From Eledone cirrhosa (lineage: Eukaryota): 64,000 bases of DNA. Position 1 is the stretch's first letter, and every line of letters begins with the position of its first letter. Of the stretch, positions 25,211-39,185 are shown piece after piece. The translations under genes were made by a program, and so were the position numbers. The notes under the pieces were generated by a model that saw only the letters and a program-made list of their open reading frames with translations, searched no databases and was not told the origin of the DNA. The DNA is taken from NCBI GenBank assembly GCA_964016885.1, contig OZ024741.1, positions 199,330,001 to 199,394,000 on the forward strand, given 5' to 3'.

Positions 25211-25482
25211 TCATCATCATCATCATCATCAGGTTTAGCGTCCGTGTTCCACGCTTGCATGGGTTTGGACGGGGGTTTTCCCACTTGAGGCAAGAGTGGT
25301 TGTCTTGCTCGCATAGGACTGTCTGGCGGGTTTTCTACAGTTGGATGCCCTTCCTAACACCAACCACATTTACAGTGTGGGGCTGGGAGGTTTTTACCGT
25401 GTTGCCTACACGGCCACATTACAGCGTGGACTGTCTGGCGGGTTTTCTACAGCTGGATGCCCTTCCTAACACCAACCACATA
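25110..25482 (-). mobile_element. Two RTE-type 3' ends with (CAT)n tails and a (TA)n spacer
   Basis: CGTCCGCTTTTCCCTGCTTGCAAGGGTGGGA; duplicated GGATGCCCTTCCTAACACCAACCAC. Confidence 0.75.
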
Positions 25483-26969
25483 TATATATAAATTTTAGTA
25501 CAGCATTGATGAAGCTTTAGAATACGGCCAAGCTAGCGTATATGCATAATCGGTCTGTAGCTTGAGCACTCAGATGAGGAAAGACCCCAGAGTAATAACA
25601 TTATGTTCAGACAGCTTAGCAAATCAGATATAGCGGTCGGCAGTCCAGCCGCATCACTAGAGCAACGAAAATACAGGACCCAGGAAACAAATAAACATGG
25701 CATATTATTATAGTTGGTTACACACTGATGATCTATCTCCATGTAGAACTTCAGCAAAATGAATGTTGTCATTAATTATGTCTGGCATAAGAATCTCTGA
25801 GCTGAGTTGCCTGTCTTTTAGTTCCACCTGGCTCTTACCTCTTAGGTTAGAGGTTTCCTGTCAGATCATTTCATCACAACATTTGCAGTGATGGCACTCT
25901 CTCCATTCATTACAATATTTCTAATGAGAAACATGGTTGATGATTTTCAAATATGTTTTAAGATAATGAATGATTTGGTGGAATATAGTAATATAACTAA
26001 CTTTCCCATTATTAAGCTGGTGTTCTTACATAAAATTAAGATGGGTTTTTTTTAGATAAATATAAACAATTTAAAATAAACAGTTTCTTATAAAAAAAAA
26101 ACGAGGAACAGTTTCAGATAGTTTAATATCAAAGGGTTAACTTTCGTGTACATGAGGGTTTGGTTGTCTGCCAGACTCTTTATTTCATACATTAATCCTT
26201 TTGATAACAAACTGCTCCTGGTTCTAGAGTACAAAACTGTTTATTTTAAAGTGTTTATAATATTTATCTAAAATCCTTCCAACATAATTTTATGTAATAA
26301 TCTTTGTTAAGTTGTTTCAAATGCTAACTTAATAATTCATTCTAACATTGGCACAAGACCAACAATTTGTGGGAAGGGGAAAGTCAATTATACAGACCCC
26401 AGTACTTAACTAGTACTTTGTTTTATAGACATCAGAAGGATGAAAGGCAAAGTTGACCATGGCGACATTTGAACTCAGAACATAGAAAGTCATAACTAAA
26501 TTATTTTCAAAATTATATACAGTGACTGCACCTTATTCCTCTACTTAGCACTTAGCAGTGATGGCATTAAATGTTTAGCTTCAAGCCAGTTCTGGTGGAG
26601 CTGAGCTATGACCCAAGTTATTTCCTATAACTATCTTCTCTCTTTTTCAAGCATGGTGTACCCCAATTCCATTAGCCAATATGTACTTCATTTTTGAGAT
26701 GGCAAGACATAATTTGAGGAAGATTTTGTTGCTATTTCTAGCATATCAAGCAGAGGATCCCTTGTTGGTTCACATTGTTGTGATGGTGGTGACCTCAGTA
26801 GAAGTTAAGGTTGTAATAGTGGTTGGATATTTGTTAACCTTTTCATTACCATATTTCTCATGAAATACATTGTATTTGAATTAGTTAATTAAGAATTTAA
26901 AAGGATTTACTAAAATTATTAATTATTTAATTATTACAATAGTATGTGTAACATGATTTAACAAAAGGA

Positions 26970-29900
26970 TTTTATATCCTGTTAGTCGACCTATATCTGC
27001 CAGTTTTATGGGTTTCTTTGGCTTTAGGTAGTCTCAAGTTGCAGATAACTGGTTGTTTATCAGTTGACAGCTCAACCTCTCTCATCTAATGCTGTAGTAA
27101 CTTCATCAAGGAAGGATCTGTATTTGAACTCCTTGTTTGGTGCATAAACTTGGACCACTCACAGAGATGTATCTTTCAGTCTTAGCTTCAAAAGACAAAT
27201 CCTCCCTCTTAACCCTTTAGCATTCGCATTAATTTTCAAACGTCATGCTTATCTGTTCGTATTATTTACAGTTAAGTACCAGTAATACACTGGTGTGTTG
27301 CTGGCCTTGTGCCAAAAGTAGAAACAATTATTTACAGTTACTTGTACTCAAGAGGGTTATCAATTTTATTTGTTTGTAATTTTCTAAATTATCTATGTGC
27401 AGGCTTGACATTTTGTCAGTAGATGTTTAAATATCAATAATTTACAATTATATAATTTTACCTGATTTTTTTGGTCAAATTTGACTTTTATGGGCAGGTG
27501 AAATTAATTAATTGGGGAATTTGAAGTATCAACCAGGTGCAAATACTGGTATAATTTTAAATACGTTGTTTTCGGCATAATACTTGATATATAAGAATCA
27601 CTAAACCTTATATCAGTGCTCCAGTAATTCCAGTCTTGGAAATTGTTTTATACCGAACATAATATTTACAGTAAAAAATACTTGCATTTCCGCAACATCT
27701 GTTGGTTGCCATAACAGATCGGGTTTTCCTCGATTTGAAATCTGTTGTTGGGTATATCGATTAATCTCTTCTGCCACAACTTCGAAGAAAGTTTGTGGTA
27801 AAAACAAAAAGAAATAATCCAGTGCTTTAGCATCAGGAGCTAATGTGTGTTGTGGACCAGTATTTTGAATAAAATTGGGAACATATATTGGTGCAGCATT
27901 TTTCAATCACGTTGCTGTAATATTTTCAATGGCGCCCTGGAGACCTCCTTCGTTTTCACTTTCAAAACAATCAACGTTGGACGAAATTTCAGAAATGTAA
28001 ACATCAGATTCATTTGAAGATAAATCACTAATATTATCTTTTGTTTCTTGTTTATTCTGAATGTCGTCATGTGTAAAACCTTCAAAGTGGGTATCGCTAC
28101 TTTCATAAGCCATGTTGATACAAAAAAACAAATTTGTTACACTTTCAAAGTTAAAAAAACACTTGTTGTTTTAAGTTGTTCCACTATATTAAGTGTTAAT
28201 TTTCGCGGTAAGAGCCTAATCTTGCAGCAGTCTCTAATTGGCGAGATTTTGATGATGGTTTGTTTATTTTTAGAACGATTTTTTAGTGTGGGTGTTTTCG
28301 GGCAGTTTCGGACGGTTTGAACAAATGAAGGGGAAATAATTTCGGGCGATTTCAGGCGGTTTGAATACTAAAGGGTTAATGGTGTCTAGTCCAGAACACA
28401 TCCTGACAGCTGATGGCTTGTGAGTATCCCTAGTCTTGCCTGTGCAGTCATTCCTGGCACCACATCTGAATAGTGGAGTTTCAATCCTCCATCCAAATCT
28501 ACAGTACCAGAGCCATGGAACTTTGTTGAGGAAATCCTGACTATATTCAGTCAGTAGATTCTAGCCTCCTCCTCTAGTTTCTGCTCCTTACCTTTAAGGG
28601 TTGTGATGTTCCAGCTTCCAATTGTCAGGTAGGAAGTATTAGTGGACAAGGAAGTCAGGATCAGATATGCAGATACTATTGCATCCAAATTTAGAGAACT
28701 CCCTGAGTATGTTGAAATGGAATGGAGACTGTTCCTCAGTGGTTTCTGCTTCAGCTGTTAAATACTGTGAGCAACAGAGGCTTCGTGTGGCGCCGGATGG
28801 CAGGAGAACCCCTTGGTTCAACCAAAGGCTCAAAGATGCCATCTGAGCAAAAAAGGAGACCTACAAAGTTTGGGTTGGAAATAAGTCCTCCTTCTTGCAC
28901 TTGCAGTACAAGCAAGCATGACATGGGAGGACTTTGGAGCTAAGCTGGAATCGGACTTCAGATCAGTAAATAAAGTGTTCTGGCAGACCATCTGCTGACT
29001 TCATAATAAGAAGTCCTCCTCCACACGTGTTTAGCAGGAACACATCTAGGGCTCTCCTATCTTCTGATGTACACAAGGTGCATCAGGGAGTGATCACTAA
29101 TCTCTCAGAGGCTGAGGTCAGAAGAAAGGGAGTACTGCCAAGAGGTGTATTCTTGCTCTGTAGACCTTGAAGAGGCATATGACTGCATTCCATGGGATCT
29201 ACTGTGGAAGCTTCTGAAGGAGTATGAGATTGACGGTCAGCTTCTTGTTGCCTTGATGTTTTTATACGAAAGCTCGAGTATTTGTGTTCAAATAAATGGT
29301 GCTAAATTGAAACCATTCTATCAAGTGTTCGTACTGTCACCTCTCCTGGCCTTGTGCCAAAAGTAGTAACAATTATTTTCATGAACAGGGTTGACATGTT
29401 AGCTGGGCTGGAAGTAGTATCAGGTGTAGGATCAGTTGGCTGGAATTTGCAGACGACATGGTATTACTTAACTTGTCAGAGGTGATCTCTGACATGTACT
29501 TGATAGATTTGATGCTGAGTGTTGCACGACTGGAATGAAAATCAGTGCCGTATAAACTGACACACTTGTCCTCCCAAGGAAGCTTGCGCAGTGCACTCTA
29601 CATATAAATGGAGTTCCACTGAAGCAGGTGGAGAAGTTCAAGTATCTTGGAGCCGTGTTTATGAGTGATGAAAGGCAGGAGGCTGAACTAAGAATTGCAG
29701 GAGCTGGTGCAGTAATACACCAGCTTCAGCATTCAGTAATCAATCAGAAAAAGGGAGGTAGGTGTAAAAGCCAAACTTGCTATCTTCACTTTGGTATTTG
29801 TGCCATATCTTACCTATGGTCATGAATCTTGGGTAATGACTGAAAAAATACAATTGTGAATACAAATGGCCAAAATGGGGTTCCTCGGAAGGGTCTTTGG

Positions 29901-30225
29901 AATAATGTTACTCAATAGAGTGCGTAGCTTGCTGAATTTCTTTAGGTAGAGCAACTAATTCTCTAAATTGAGAGATCACAGCTCCAATATTACAGACATG
30001 TAGTTAGAGTGTCTCAGGTGGACAAATTTTATGGGCAAAACCAACCAACAGGAGATCCAGGTGTAGACCTCAAGCAAGATAGATGGTTGGATAACATCCA
30101 TGAGCTTGGCTGATCTTGCTTGGGGATCCGGCCGGATCAGTTGGAGACTGGTGTTTCTGACAGGATCTACTGGAAGGAATGTTTGAGGGCTTAGCCTCCA
30201 CGACCTCCTCAGTGGGCAAAGAAGA
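26970..30225 (+). mobile_element. RTE family C LINE with inverted endonuclease segment (26970-28635, minus) and degraded RT (28640-30225, plus)
   Basis: Minus: LTIGSWNITTLKGKEQKL, VVQVYAPN; plus: VDLEEAYDCIPW, LEFADDMV, VEKFKYLG, LTYGHESW. Confidence 0.85.
27213..28375 (-). mobile_element. Internally deleted piggyBac (N-terminal part of a PGBD/DDE_Tnp_1_7 transposase)
   Basis: TTAA TSD at 27209 and 28376; TIR CCCTTTAGCATTC / GAATACTAAAGGG; ALDYFFLFLP..VAEEINRY..WQPTDVAEMQVFF..MFGIKQFP. Confidence 0.92.
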
Positions 30226-31130
30226 AGGAGGAGGTGGTGGTGGTGTGGTGGTGGTTGTTCTTATATCAAATAATGTTGGAAGATTTTAATTTAAAATGTG
30301 TGCTTTTGTTTTTTTCTATAAAACCAGGGCGATTTTAGGTGGGTGGGTTGGTATCGAAAGTGTTAAATAGGGCAGTGAGGATAATACTAGTTGTAGTTAC
30401 AATGGTGGTGGTAATGTTGATTTGGTGCTAGTTGTAATAAATGTTTTGTTAGTGTTAGCTGTAAGATTAAGGTTGTTAGAATTGTGTATGATGTACTGGT
30501 TGTAGGGGTGGTGGTGGTGCTTTTAGTTTTATAGCAGTAATTGTATTCTGGTATCAGTAACTTTAATGGTGATTGAGGTAATGGTAGTAATAGATTTTTA
30601 GTGGTAATTGTAATATTAATTGTAGTAACTGCTGTTAGAAGTAGTAATACGTAGTTTATGTAATTGTAATTGTAATAGTAGTAGTGGTAGTAGTAGTAAG
30701 TGTATTAATGTGGCTTGTACAGATAATGGTGTAGTGTTAATCGAAGTAGATGTAGTGGTAGTAACATCAATATTGGTGGTGTTGGTGGTGTGGGTGAAGT
30801 GGTATGGGAGGTTTGACATTTATTGAATTAAGGAAATTCAATTTTCTACAAACACTGTTTTATCTCTGTTTCAATGCCTGACCCTTAGAATTCCAGTCAT
30901 ACAGAAGTCTTCCTGATATTTTTAGCTAATGTCTTACAGGACACATTCTTACTGTCAATAATTTCTACGCCATTCTATAAGAAAACTGTTTTTTTTTCTT
31001 TTGCTTTTAATTTGATTTTCAGTTTCTGTTTTGATAATTGAATTTTAGATTTATATTTTGATAAACATGTTTGTACTTAGTCCTTTTTTGAAGCTACAGT
31101 AACACTAATAAAACACCAGCATTAAATAAA

Positions 31131-31320
31131 AAGGGCGGTGGATTGGCAGTATCGGTAGAGGGTTGGACGCCATGCTTTCCAGCATAGTTACGTCCCTTTA
31201 CGATCTGAGTTCAAATCCCGCTGAGGTTGACTTTGCCTTTCATCCTTACGGGGTCAATAAAATAAAGTACCAGTAATGCACTGGGTAATTGCTGGCCTTG
31301 TGCCTAAAGTAGAAACAATT
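31131..31320 (+). mobile_element. SINE family 1, full length, TSD ATTAAATAAAAA
   Basis: Consensus match with TSD. Confidence 0.92.
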
Positions 31321-32224
31321 AAATAAAAATGATACTAAATTAGATGTTTTTTTTTCTCCACTTGTATCTAAAAATATTCCAACATTGTTGGTGTAAAATG
31401 AAAATAAAAGGCAGTTATTTTTAATTCTACAAATATATTTTGAGAAGTTAAATTATAGAATGAAAACAAAAAATACATCTGTGTTATTTCTATATGATTG
31501 TAGGTAGTTTGGATCTTTAAGGTAGAAATACTTTCTTAAAAGAATTTGTGGTAGAGTTCCTTGTTTATAAGGCTTGTGTGTGTAAAATTTGTTACTGTGG
31601 CAGTCTGTTTGTCATAGATGACTCTAAATCAAAAGTATCTCACATTTCATGGCAAGACTAACCAGGAGACATTGATGTGAATTTGAGCACTGATGCAATC
31701 CCATTCGGTTTCTTCAGACATAACTGTGTGGTCAAGTAATTTATTTTGCAGTCATGTGGTTTGTGTTTGATTCTACCATATGGCAACTAGAATAAGTGTT
31801 TTCTATCATAATCTAAAATTGATTAATATCTTTAGAGTAGAATTTGGTCAATGGAAACTGTGCAAAAGACATGCGTGTGTGTGAGTATCAACATTTTACG
31901 CCCACTTTTCCATGCTAAGATCTGAGTCAGTTCCTATTGAGAGTTAGTGCCTTCCAAGATGAGTCAGAGGGCACCATTTCACTTGTGCATTTCATTTTTA
32001 TCATGGTTTCTGTGGCTGGACACCCTTCTCAATATCAACTACTTTACAGGGTTTGCTGGATGTGTTTTTATTGTAGTGTTAGAGGGGTTGTTATGTTTTG
32101 GGTTGAACTAAAGATCCTCTTAGCCCTACATTCTCTCCACTCACTTTCTCACCACTTTATTGAGTCTACTTGGTGTATTTTATCATGGGACTAACAGCAG
32201 TGAGGATGCCTTGAATTTTGCAAT

Positions 32225-33462
32225 TTCTTAGAGAAGAATAAGCCACTATACTTAGCTTTTGTTGACCTAGAGAAGGCCTTTAATAGGGTACCTTGATCTG
32301 TCATCTGGTGATCCCTAAGGAAACGAGGTGTAGAGGAATGGCTTGTGAGGACAGTGCAAGCCTTGTACAGAGGTGCTGTCAGTAAAGTGAGAGTGGGAAT
32401 GGAGTTTAGTGAGGAATTCCAGATACAAGTAGGAGTACATCAGGGTTCAGTCCTCAGCCTGCTCTTGTTCATTATAGTCCTCCAAGCCATAACAGAGGAG
32501 TTTAAGACTGGCTGTCCATGGGAACTTCTCTATGCTGACGATCTGGTTCTTATAGCAGAATCAGTAGAGGAGCTAGAGAATATGATCTGGCTATGGAAAC
32601 AACAGTTGGAATCAAGAGGACTGAGAGTGAACATAGCTAAGACAAAAGTGTTGATGAGTAGAAAAGAGGACAAAACTCTGATTCCATCAGGGAAATGACC
32701 ATGTTCGATTTGTAGAAAAGGAACTGGCATAAATTCTATAAAATGTACACAATGCAGATCTTGGGTACACAAAAGATGTAGTTGGATAGCAGGCAAACTA
32801 ACAGGTAGGGAAAACTACGTATGCAGTATATGTACAGGGAAATTTGACAATAGTAATTGCAGTGATAGACACATTTTTCAAATGCAGGTGGGTTCTATAG
32901 AAGTGGTTGATAGCTTCTGGTACTTAGGTGATCAGATTAGCATGGGAGCTGCTTCCTCTGTTGACAAAGAAGGGTTTCTCCCTGTGTACGAAAGGCCGGT
33001 TATATGATGCTTGTGTGAAATGTGCGATGCTGCATGGTAGTGAGACATGGGCAACTACAGAGGATATGCTGGAGAGAAATGAAGCAAGCATGCTCCTTTG
33101 GATGTGCAATGTCAATGTGTGTGAACGACCAAGCATAGATGAGTTGATAAAGAAACTGGGTATAAGAGGGATATGTTGTGGTGTGCAGGAGAGAAGTGTG
33201 ATATGGTATGGACATGCGATGCACATGGAGGATGACCGCTGGGTAAAGAAGTGCCAAGAAATCCCAGTAGAAGGAAGACGCAGTAGTGGAAGACCACCAA
33301 AAATATGGGCGGAGGTGGTGAGAGCAGATCTCAGATCGCTGAAGCTCACCGAGGAGATGACGACGGACCGTGATAAGTGGAGAGATGCTGTGCTGAATAG
33401 GATCCATCCCACCCTTGCAAGCAAGGAAAAGCGAATGTAAAATGATGATGATGATGATGATC
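32225..33462 (+). pseudogene. 5'-truncated RTE LINE subfamily A (RT, PHD-like finger, C-terminus, (GAT)n tail)
   Basis: AFVDLEKAF, GVHQGSVLS, LLYADDLVL, AMLHGSETW, WYGHAMHM, GRPPKIW. Confidence 0.93.
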
Positions 33463-34329
33463 ACACACACACTGGCATGGGTTTGATCTGAAGAACAGAA
33501 AATAAAAATAAATACACACAAACATGAAAAAAGAACTCAATACTAGTTTATAATGTAGTAGCATATAAATTCATAACTGAAAAAAATAATTGATTATTGA
33601 TTTAGGTACTGGAAAGTTTCATTATGCAATTTGTCAAAGTAATAATTAGAAAGGATAAAATATCCATAAAATATAGTTAGTAATGTGTGGATCTAGTGTA
33701 TGTGTGTCAGGAAAATGCAAATGGAAATAATGAGGTGGGTATATATTATAATATGAAAAAAGCATTAAATACATATATATTATTTTTTCATATGTGTTTT
33801 GCAAGATTCTTGTGAAAGATAGGCAGCATGAACCTCCCAAATTATAACAACATATATACTTATTTATTCTTTTACTTGTTTCAGTCATTAGGCTGCATCC
33901 ATGCTAGGGAACAGGCTTCAAGGATTTTAGGAAATGGTATTGATTCCAATACTAATTTTTGAAGTCTAGTATCTATTTTATCAGCCTCTCTTTGTCGAAT
34001 TGCTAAGTCATGGGTCATAAATATAGACATAGATATGCACACATACATGCACACATATATACAATGGGCTTCTGCTTAGTATCCGTCTACCAAATTTCAC
34101 TAACAAAGCATTGGTCAGTCCAAAGCTAATGTAGATGACACTTGCAGTGGGACTGGTCCCCAAACCACATGGTTCTGAACTCCTTAACCACACGAAAGAA
34201 TTACACCAGAAAACAACACAACACAATAACAGTATACCGGTATAATGTTAAAAAGAAGTAGTAAAAAAAAAAAGTCTTAACATTTTCATTGGAAAGACAA
34301 GCGGATTTGAAGGAGGGCATGTTAAATGG

Positions 34330-35790
34330 AAGATAGATTTCTTTATTTGCCACACGGGCACACACGAGATGAAACATTACAAAACATGGGTAGTGGGGTT
34401 TTTACATGGAAGTGTGTAAATAAATTTAACAATTATAAAATAAAATAAACAATCGAAATCCCCAATAGAGGGAACATCACTGCAGGGTCGTTTTACACCC
34501 TATAGATAGAACAACCCTTAACACCAAGAGCATATTTTGTAAGTGCTCCTGTCTTCTCTATTGTTTTCTTCAACCTACATTCATTTAGGCCATTTTTGCC
34601 ACATTCACCCACCTTTCAGCAAATTTACTGGGATATAACACCTCTGTCTTCACCTTCCTTTTAAAATGGTATTTGAAAAAGGGGATGAGTTGTTGTCCAG
34701 AGAGGAAGGTGTTTGCCCTCAGTCCTTTCAATCTAGTCCACCATATAACTTCTTTTGTCATAGCCACCAGGCAGAGGAAAACTGCCCCTTTTTCAGTGTT
34801 AAAAGAAGGCAGTGGGGTAATCCTCGTGATAGACTCGGCTGAAAGTTGCTCGACATAATTCCACTGGTCAGCAACTCCTGGGCACTGAACAATGGAATGC
34901 AGAACAGTTTTGGTGTTCTGTTCGCATCTTGGACAGGTCCTTCTGGCAGGATCCATGCCAGGGCATCCATGCCTGTAGATTCTATCTCAAAATGGAAGAG
35001 CTTCCTGGTAGTACTGCCAGTCAGGAGGCACTGGAAGTTATCCATAGGCCCTTGACTAAAACCTCTGGAATAGACTGGCCAGTTTTTTCTGGTTCTCCCT
35101 GAGAACGTCATTGCACTTATCCTCCACCAATCTCCTGTAGAATGTTAACATGGAGTTTCCACTGATTACGGTGTCCACTTGGTAGAGGACTGAGTGCATG
35201 AGCCAGGGCTGCAGCTTAGTTAGTGAGATGAGCTGTGGAAAAGCTTGTCTCACGGACGTTGACCACACCTGTTGGCAGGAATACGTGGAGATGGCGGACA
35301 CTATGTAAGTGTTCGCCACTTCCGCTCGACCTTTCGAGGAGAGTTTGCGTTTAGCCCACTTCTGGGTGAGTTGCAAATACCTTTGCTGTAACCTCATTCC
35401 AGTTTTTATCCACTGGGAGGTCTTGATCAAACCAGATCCCAAGCAGTTTTATCAGTCCTTCCATTCAGTGTTCAATGACGCTGTTGGATGGCATGGTTTT
35501 GCTTCTCCAGGTGCCAAGTTGCAAATCAACAGACTTGTCTGGGTTTATTTTTGTTCCCATCAAAGTTTCATTTTCCTGTAACAAGTTGCTGATTACCCTA
35601 ATTTCTAAGGTTTTCGACACCATTACGGTGAACTTGTTGGCATAAGCTGACACTACCTTCCCTAGTCTTGGTTCAAGAGGGATGCCTGCAAGAGCTCCAA
35701 CTTCCGCAGTAGTATCTCAAGAGTCAGTACATAGAGAAGGGAGGAGAGAGGGCATCCTTGATGGATGGAACACCTGATTTGAAATGGCTT
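34330..35790 (-). pseudogene. Tx1/L1-like LINE 3' half (RT, CCHC zinc knuckle, 3' UTR)
   Basis: QGCPLSPPFSMY, SAYANKFTV, KINPDKS, KLSSKGRAEVAN, CPRCEQNTKTVLHSIVQC. Confidence 0.88.
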
Positions 35791-37109
35791 CCTTATGATG
35801 TGATCAGTGGTGAAAATATGTGATAAAAAACGTCATTCTGTTTACCTGCTAAGCTTCGCTTTCCAGATGATGGCAGCGTTCTTTCTGTAGCCATGTTTTC
35901 CTGTGAGTTATTGAATGTTTAAAAATTAAAACTATAAACACTATTCAGCCCCAAAGGCTAAAAGAAAGACTAACCAGCTCTGCCTTGAGCTGGTTAGCTT
36001 CTCTATAACACAATATAAGATTCGATTTTCAAATGTACAATTATCTTATAAAATTTAAATGAAACTCACTGAGCAAGTTGAATGCATGTCAGCATAAAAA
36101 GAAGATAGATAAAAGGAAAAGCAATATATCATAATAGAACCTTGTTTTACTAAGTTTGACGTAGGGATATACTGGGAAGTATTCTGTTATTACTTCTGAG
36201 CACAAAAAAACTACCATCTGTAATCTTTATTATCATCATCATCATTTTTATTGCACCTTTTCCATGCTGGCATGAATTGGACAGAACTTTTTGAGGCAAT
36301 GTTTTACAGCTGGATGCCCTTCCTGGCATTAAAGCTTTTAGTGACTTCATCTGACATGCAGAAAAAGATATAATGTACCTATTTTAAACCAAATATATGG
36401 AGTAAAAATTGTTTTTATTAGTTAAGTCTGGGTTTTCTGAGACTAGTGAGATCAACTTGAACAAGTTGACAGCTGCAGGAAAAACAGAAAGAGATTTTCA
36501 GAGGGCTGCTGTAGTAGAGAAGAAGCACTGAGTATAGTGGTTGGTGTGGGGATTTGGTGGGGGCTGGACACAATATTAGTAACGAAAATTAATAAAGATG
36601 TTAGTTTCTTTCATTCTATTTCCATCCATTTGTCTTTATATTCCTTACTCACAAAGTGGAGTAGAAATGTCCATAAACTCAAAATTTATGACTTTCTGTT
36701 TCGTGACTTAAAACTAAGTAATATTGATTTCTGAAATTTCTTAAAGGCCTCATAATTATAAAAAATGGGAAGTGAGATTATGTGACAAGCATGCTTGCAA
36801 AATCCATTAGTAATGTAAATAAAGTGAATTGACTACAACCAGATCAAGGCTACAGCCTGCTGTTAGCTTACATCTCCTCTATAACCACTATTTCGAAGAA
36901 CATTTTCCAAAGCCATTCTTATTCTACTCAGTTTATATGTACAAGCAAACTGCTTAAGATAACAAACCTTCACATCAAAAATAATCAAACATTGATTTCA
37001 TTCAGATTGATCTATTCTGTATTGTTTATTTTTAAATTTCTTCTGCTTTGTTCTGTTAACAAAATCTTTATACGGTCAATCTCTCCTCCTACACAAAGGA
37101 TGCAAAAAA

Positions 37110-37354
37110 TTAAAACCTTTGGGATTTCACTCTTTTGGTACCAACCCACCCAAAATTGCTGCTGGTTCTATAAGGGAGAAAAAAACTCATTTTAAATTAA
37201 GATCTTCCAACATGATTTTATATAAGAGCCTTTTGTTGTATTACAAATATCATTTTAATAATGTAATAATGATTTTTGAGAATTTATCCAAATTCTTCAT
37301 TAATTAATTCAAATACAGAATATATCATTAGAAATATGGAAATGAAAGGGTTAA
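37110..37354. mobile_element. TTAA-ended piggyBac-type MITE (relatives near 2610, 25910-26140, 26195, 39750-40015, 53880-53996, 58192)
   Basis: Ends TCATTAGAAATATGG..AAAGGGTTAA; shared internal motifs. Confidence 0.55.
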
Positions 37355-38769
37355 TAAAAACACATTGTCTTATGTTGATCTAAAAATACTTCCTACAAAT
37401 TGGTGTCTTTATATTAAAGGGTTTAAATGTTTTGATTAGGGTGATACCTTTGTAATTATGATCAGCACTAAGATCATCATCATTGTCATTGTTTAATGTC
37501 TGTTTTCCATGCTTGGATGGGTTAGACCGGATGTCACATTCTGAAACTACGTTAGTCACGTGACCATGTTTTGCTCATATATTCCATTTTTGGCTTTGTT
37601 TCTATAGATGAATGTTTTTTTTAAAAATACCAATCAATTTATGAGTACTAGGAGGACTCTAGTATTATCACTTTACAGGGTGAACTGGGAACTTTTTTTT
37701 TCATGCCACCAGTAATACATGCTGGACTGGGTAATTTTTTTTGTCATGGCGCCAGCACTACCAGTTTACAGGCTGGATTGGAAACTTTTTGTTGTGGCCC
37801 CAGTACTACTACAGAGTGAACTGGGTGTATTTCAACACTAGGGTACTCATTAAGTTCTTGGTCAATCTGTAGAGGCAGTGATGGAATTTGTGCTGTAGGT
37901 TAAAAAGGATGGGGCAAGCTACACACTGGTTGCTGATGGAGGAGTTCATCCCACTGTAGGATGTGACCTTCAAGAGAATGAGTTGGATTTGCTTGTATAT
38001 TGTGGAATGTGTCCAGTATTCCATGGAGGTATGATTAGACAAGAAACATGAAATCAGGAAGATGGGGAAGGGGGTACAATGTGTCAAATAGAGTATTTTT
38101 ATCTTACATTTTCTTATTGAATCAATAAGATATAATTATAGTTTTTGAGATTAGTTGTGATGGATCTATAGTTTTCAGTATTTCCTTTACTGCTGTCTTC
38201 ATAAGCCACAGTCTGGTTATCACACTGACTGAAATATATTACTGTGTATATTGCATTAATATATCTAATACTCATAACACTCTAAACACATATGGCTATA
38301 TATATATATTTATAAGAGGATGTAGGAAGCTCAGATGCAAAAAATAACTGCAATTACAGTTAGTTGCTATAAAATAGCTTATAAAATTTAAGTAAAAGCC
38401 CTTAGAAATGGAAAAATGTTGCCAAACACAACAGACTGTAATGCAGTTATTTTCTGCATCTGAGCTTCATACATCTTCTTATAAATTTATTTCAATTGTG
38501 CTTAGTAAGTTCGAAAATTCAATTCAAGCTTCACACGCTACTTTTGAGCAATGGATTAGATTTGTTGGTAGAATGTGGGATAAAATGCTTTGCAATATTT
38601 AGTTAAGACTTTCTATGTTCTGAGTTCAAATCCTGTCGAAGTCAACTTTGCCTATATCCTTCCAGGATTAATAGAATAAGATACCAGTTAAGCAATGGAA
38701 CCAATATAATCGATTTTCTGTTTCTTCAAAATTGCAGTCCTTGTGCCAACGCTAGAAATAATTATTATT

Positions 38770-39185
38770 AGATATGTGAAACATTGTCAGTGGTTACAGA
38801 GGATATTTGTAGGCTGGAGAGAAATGAGGCAATCATGCTTTGTTGGATGTGCAATGTAAATGTAAGAGGAAGGCAGGGCTTGCATGAGCTGAGGGAAAAA
38901 CTGGGTTTAAGAGGAATCCGAAGTGGTGTACAAGTGAGAAGACTGTGTTGGTACAGACATGTGATGCTCCTGGATGAAGAATTGCCAGGAAATCCCAGTG
39001 GAAGGAAGTCGCAGTAGTGGTAGACCAAGGAAGACCTGGGCAGAGGTGGTGAAAGCTGATCTCATCACTGAGACCCACAAAGGAGATGACAAAGGAATGT
39101 GGCAAGTGGAGAGATGCTGTGCTGAAAAGGACCCATGCAAGCATGGAAAAATGGACATAAAAATGATGATGATGACAATGATGAC
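38770..39185 (+). pseudogene. RTE LINE 3' fragment
   Basis: RLERNEAIMLCWMCNV, GRPRKTW, (GAT)n tail. Confidence 0.85.
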
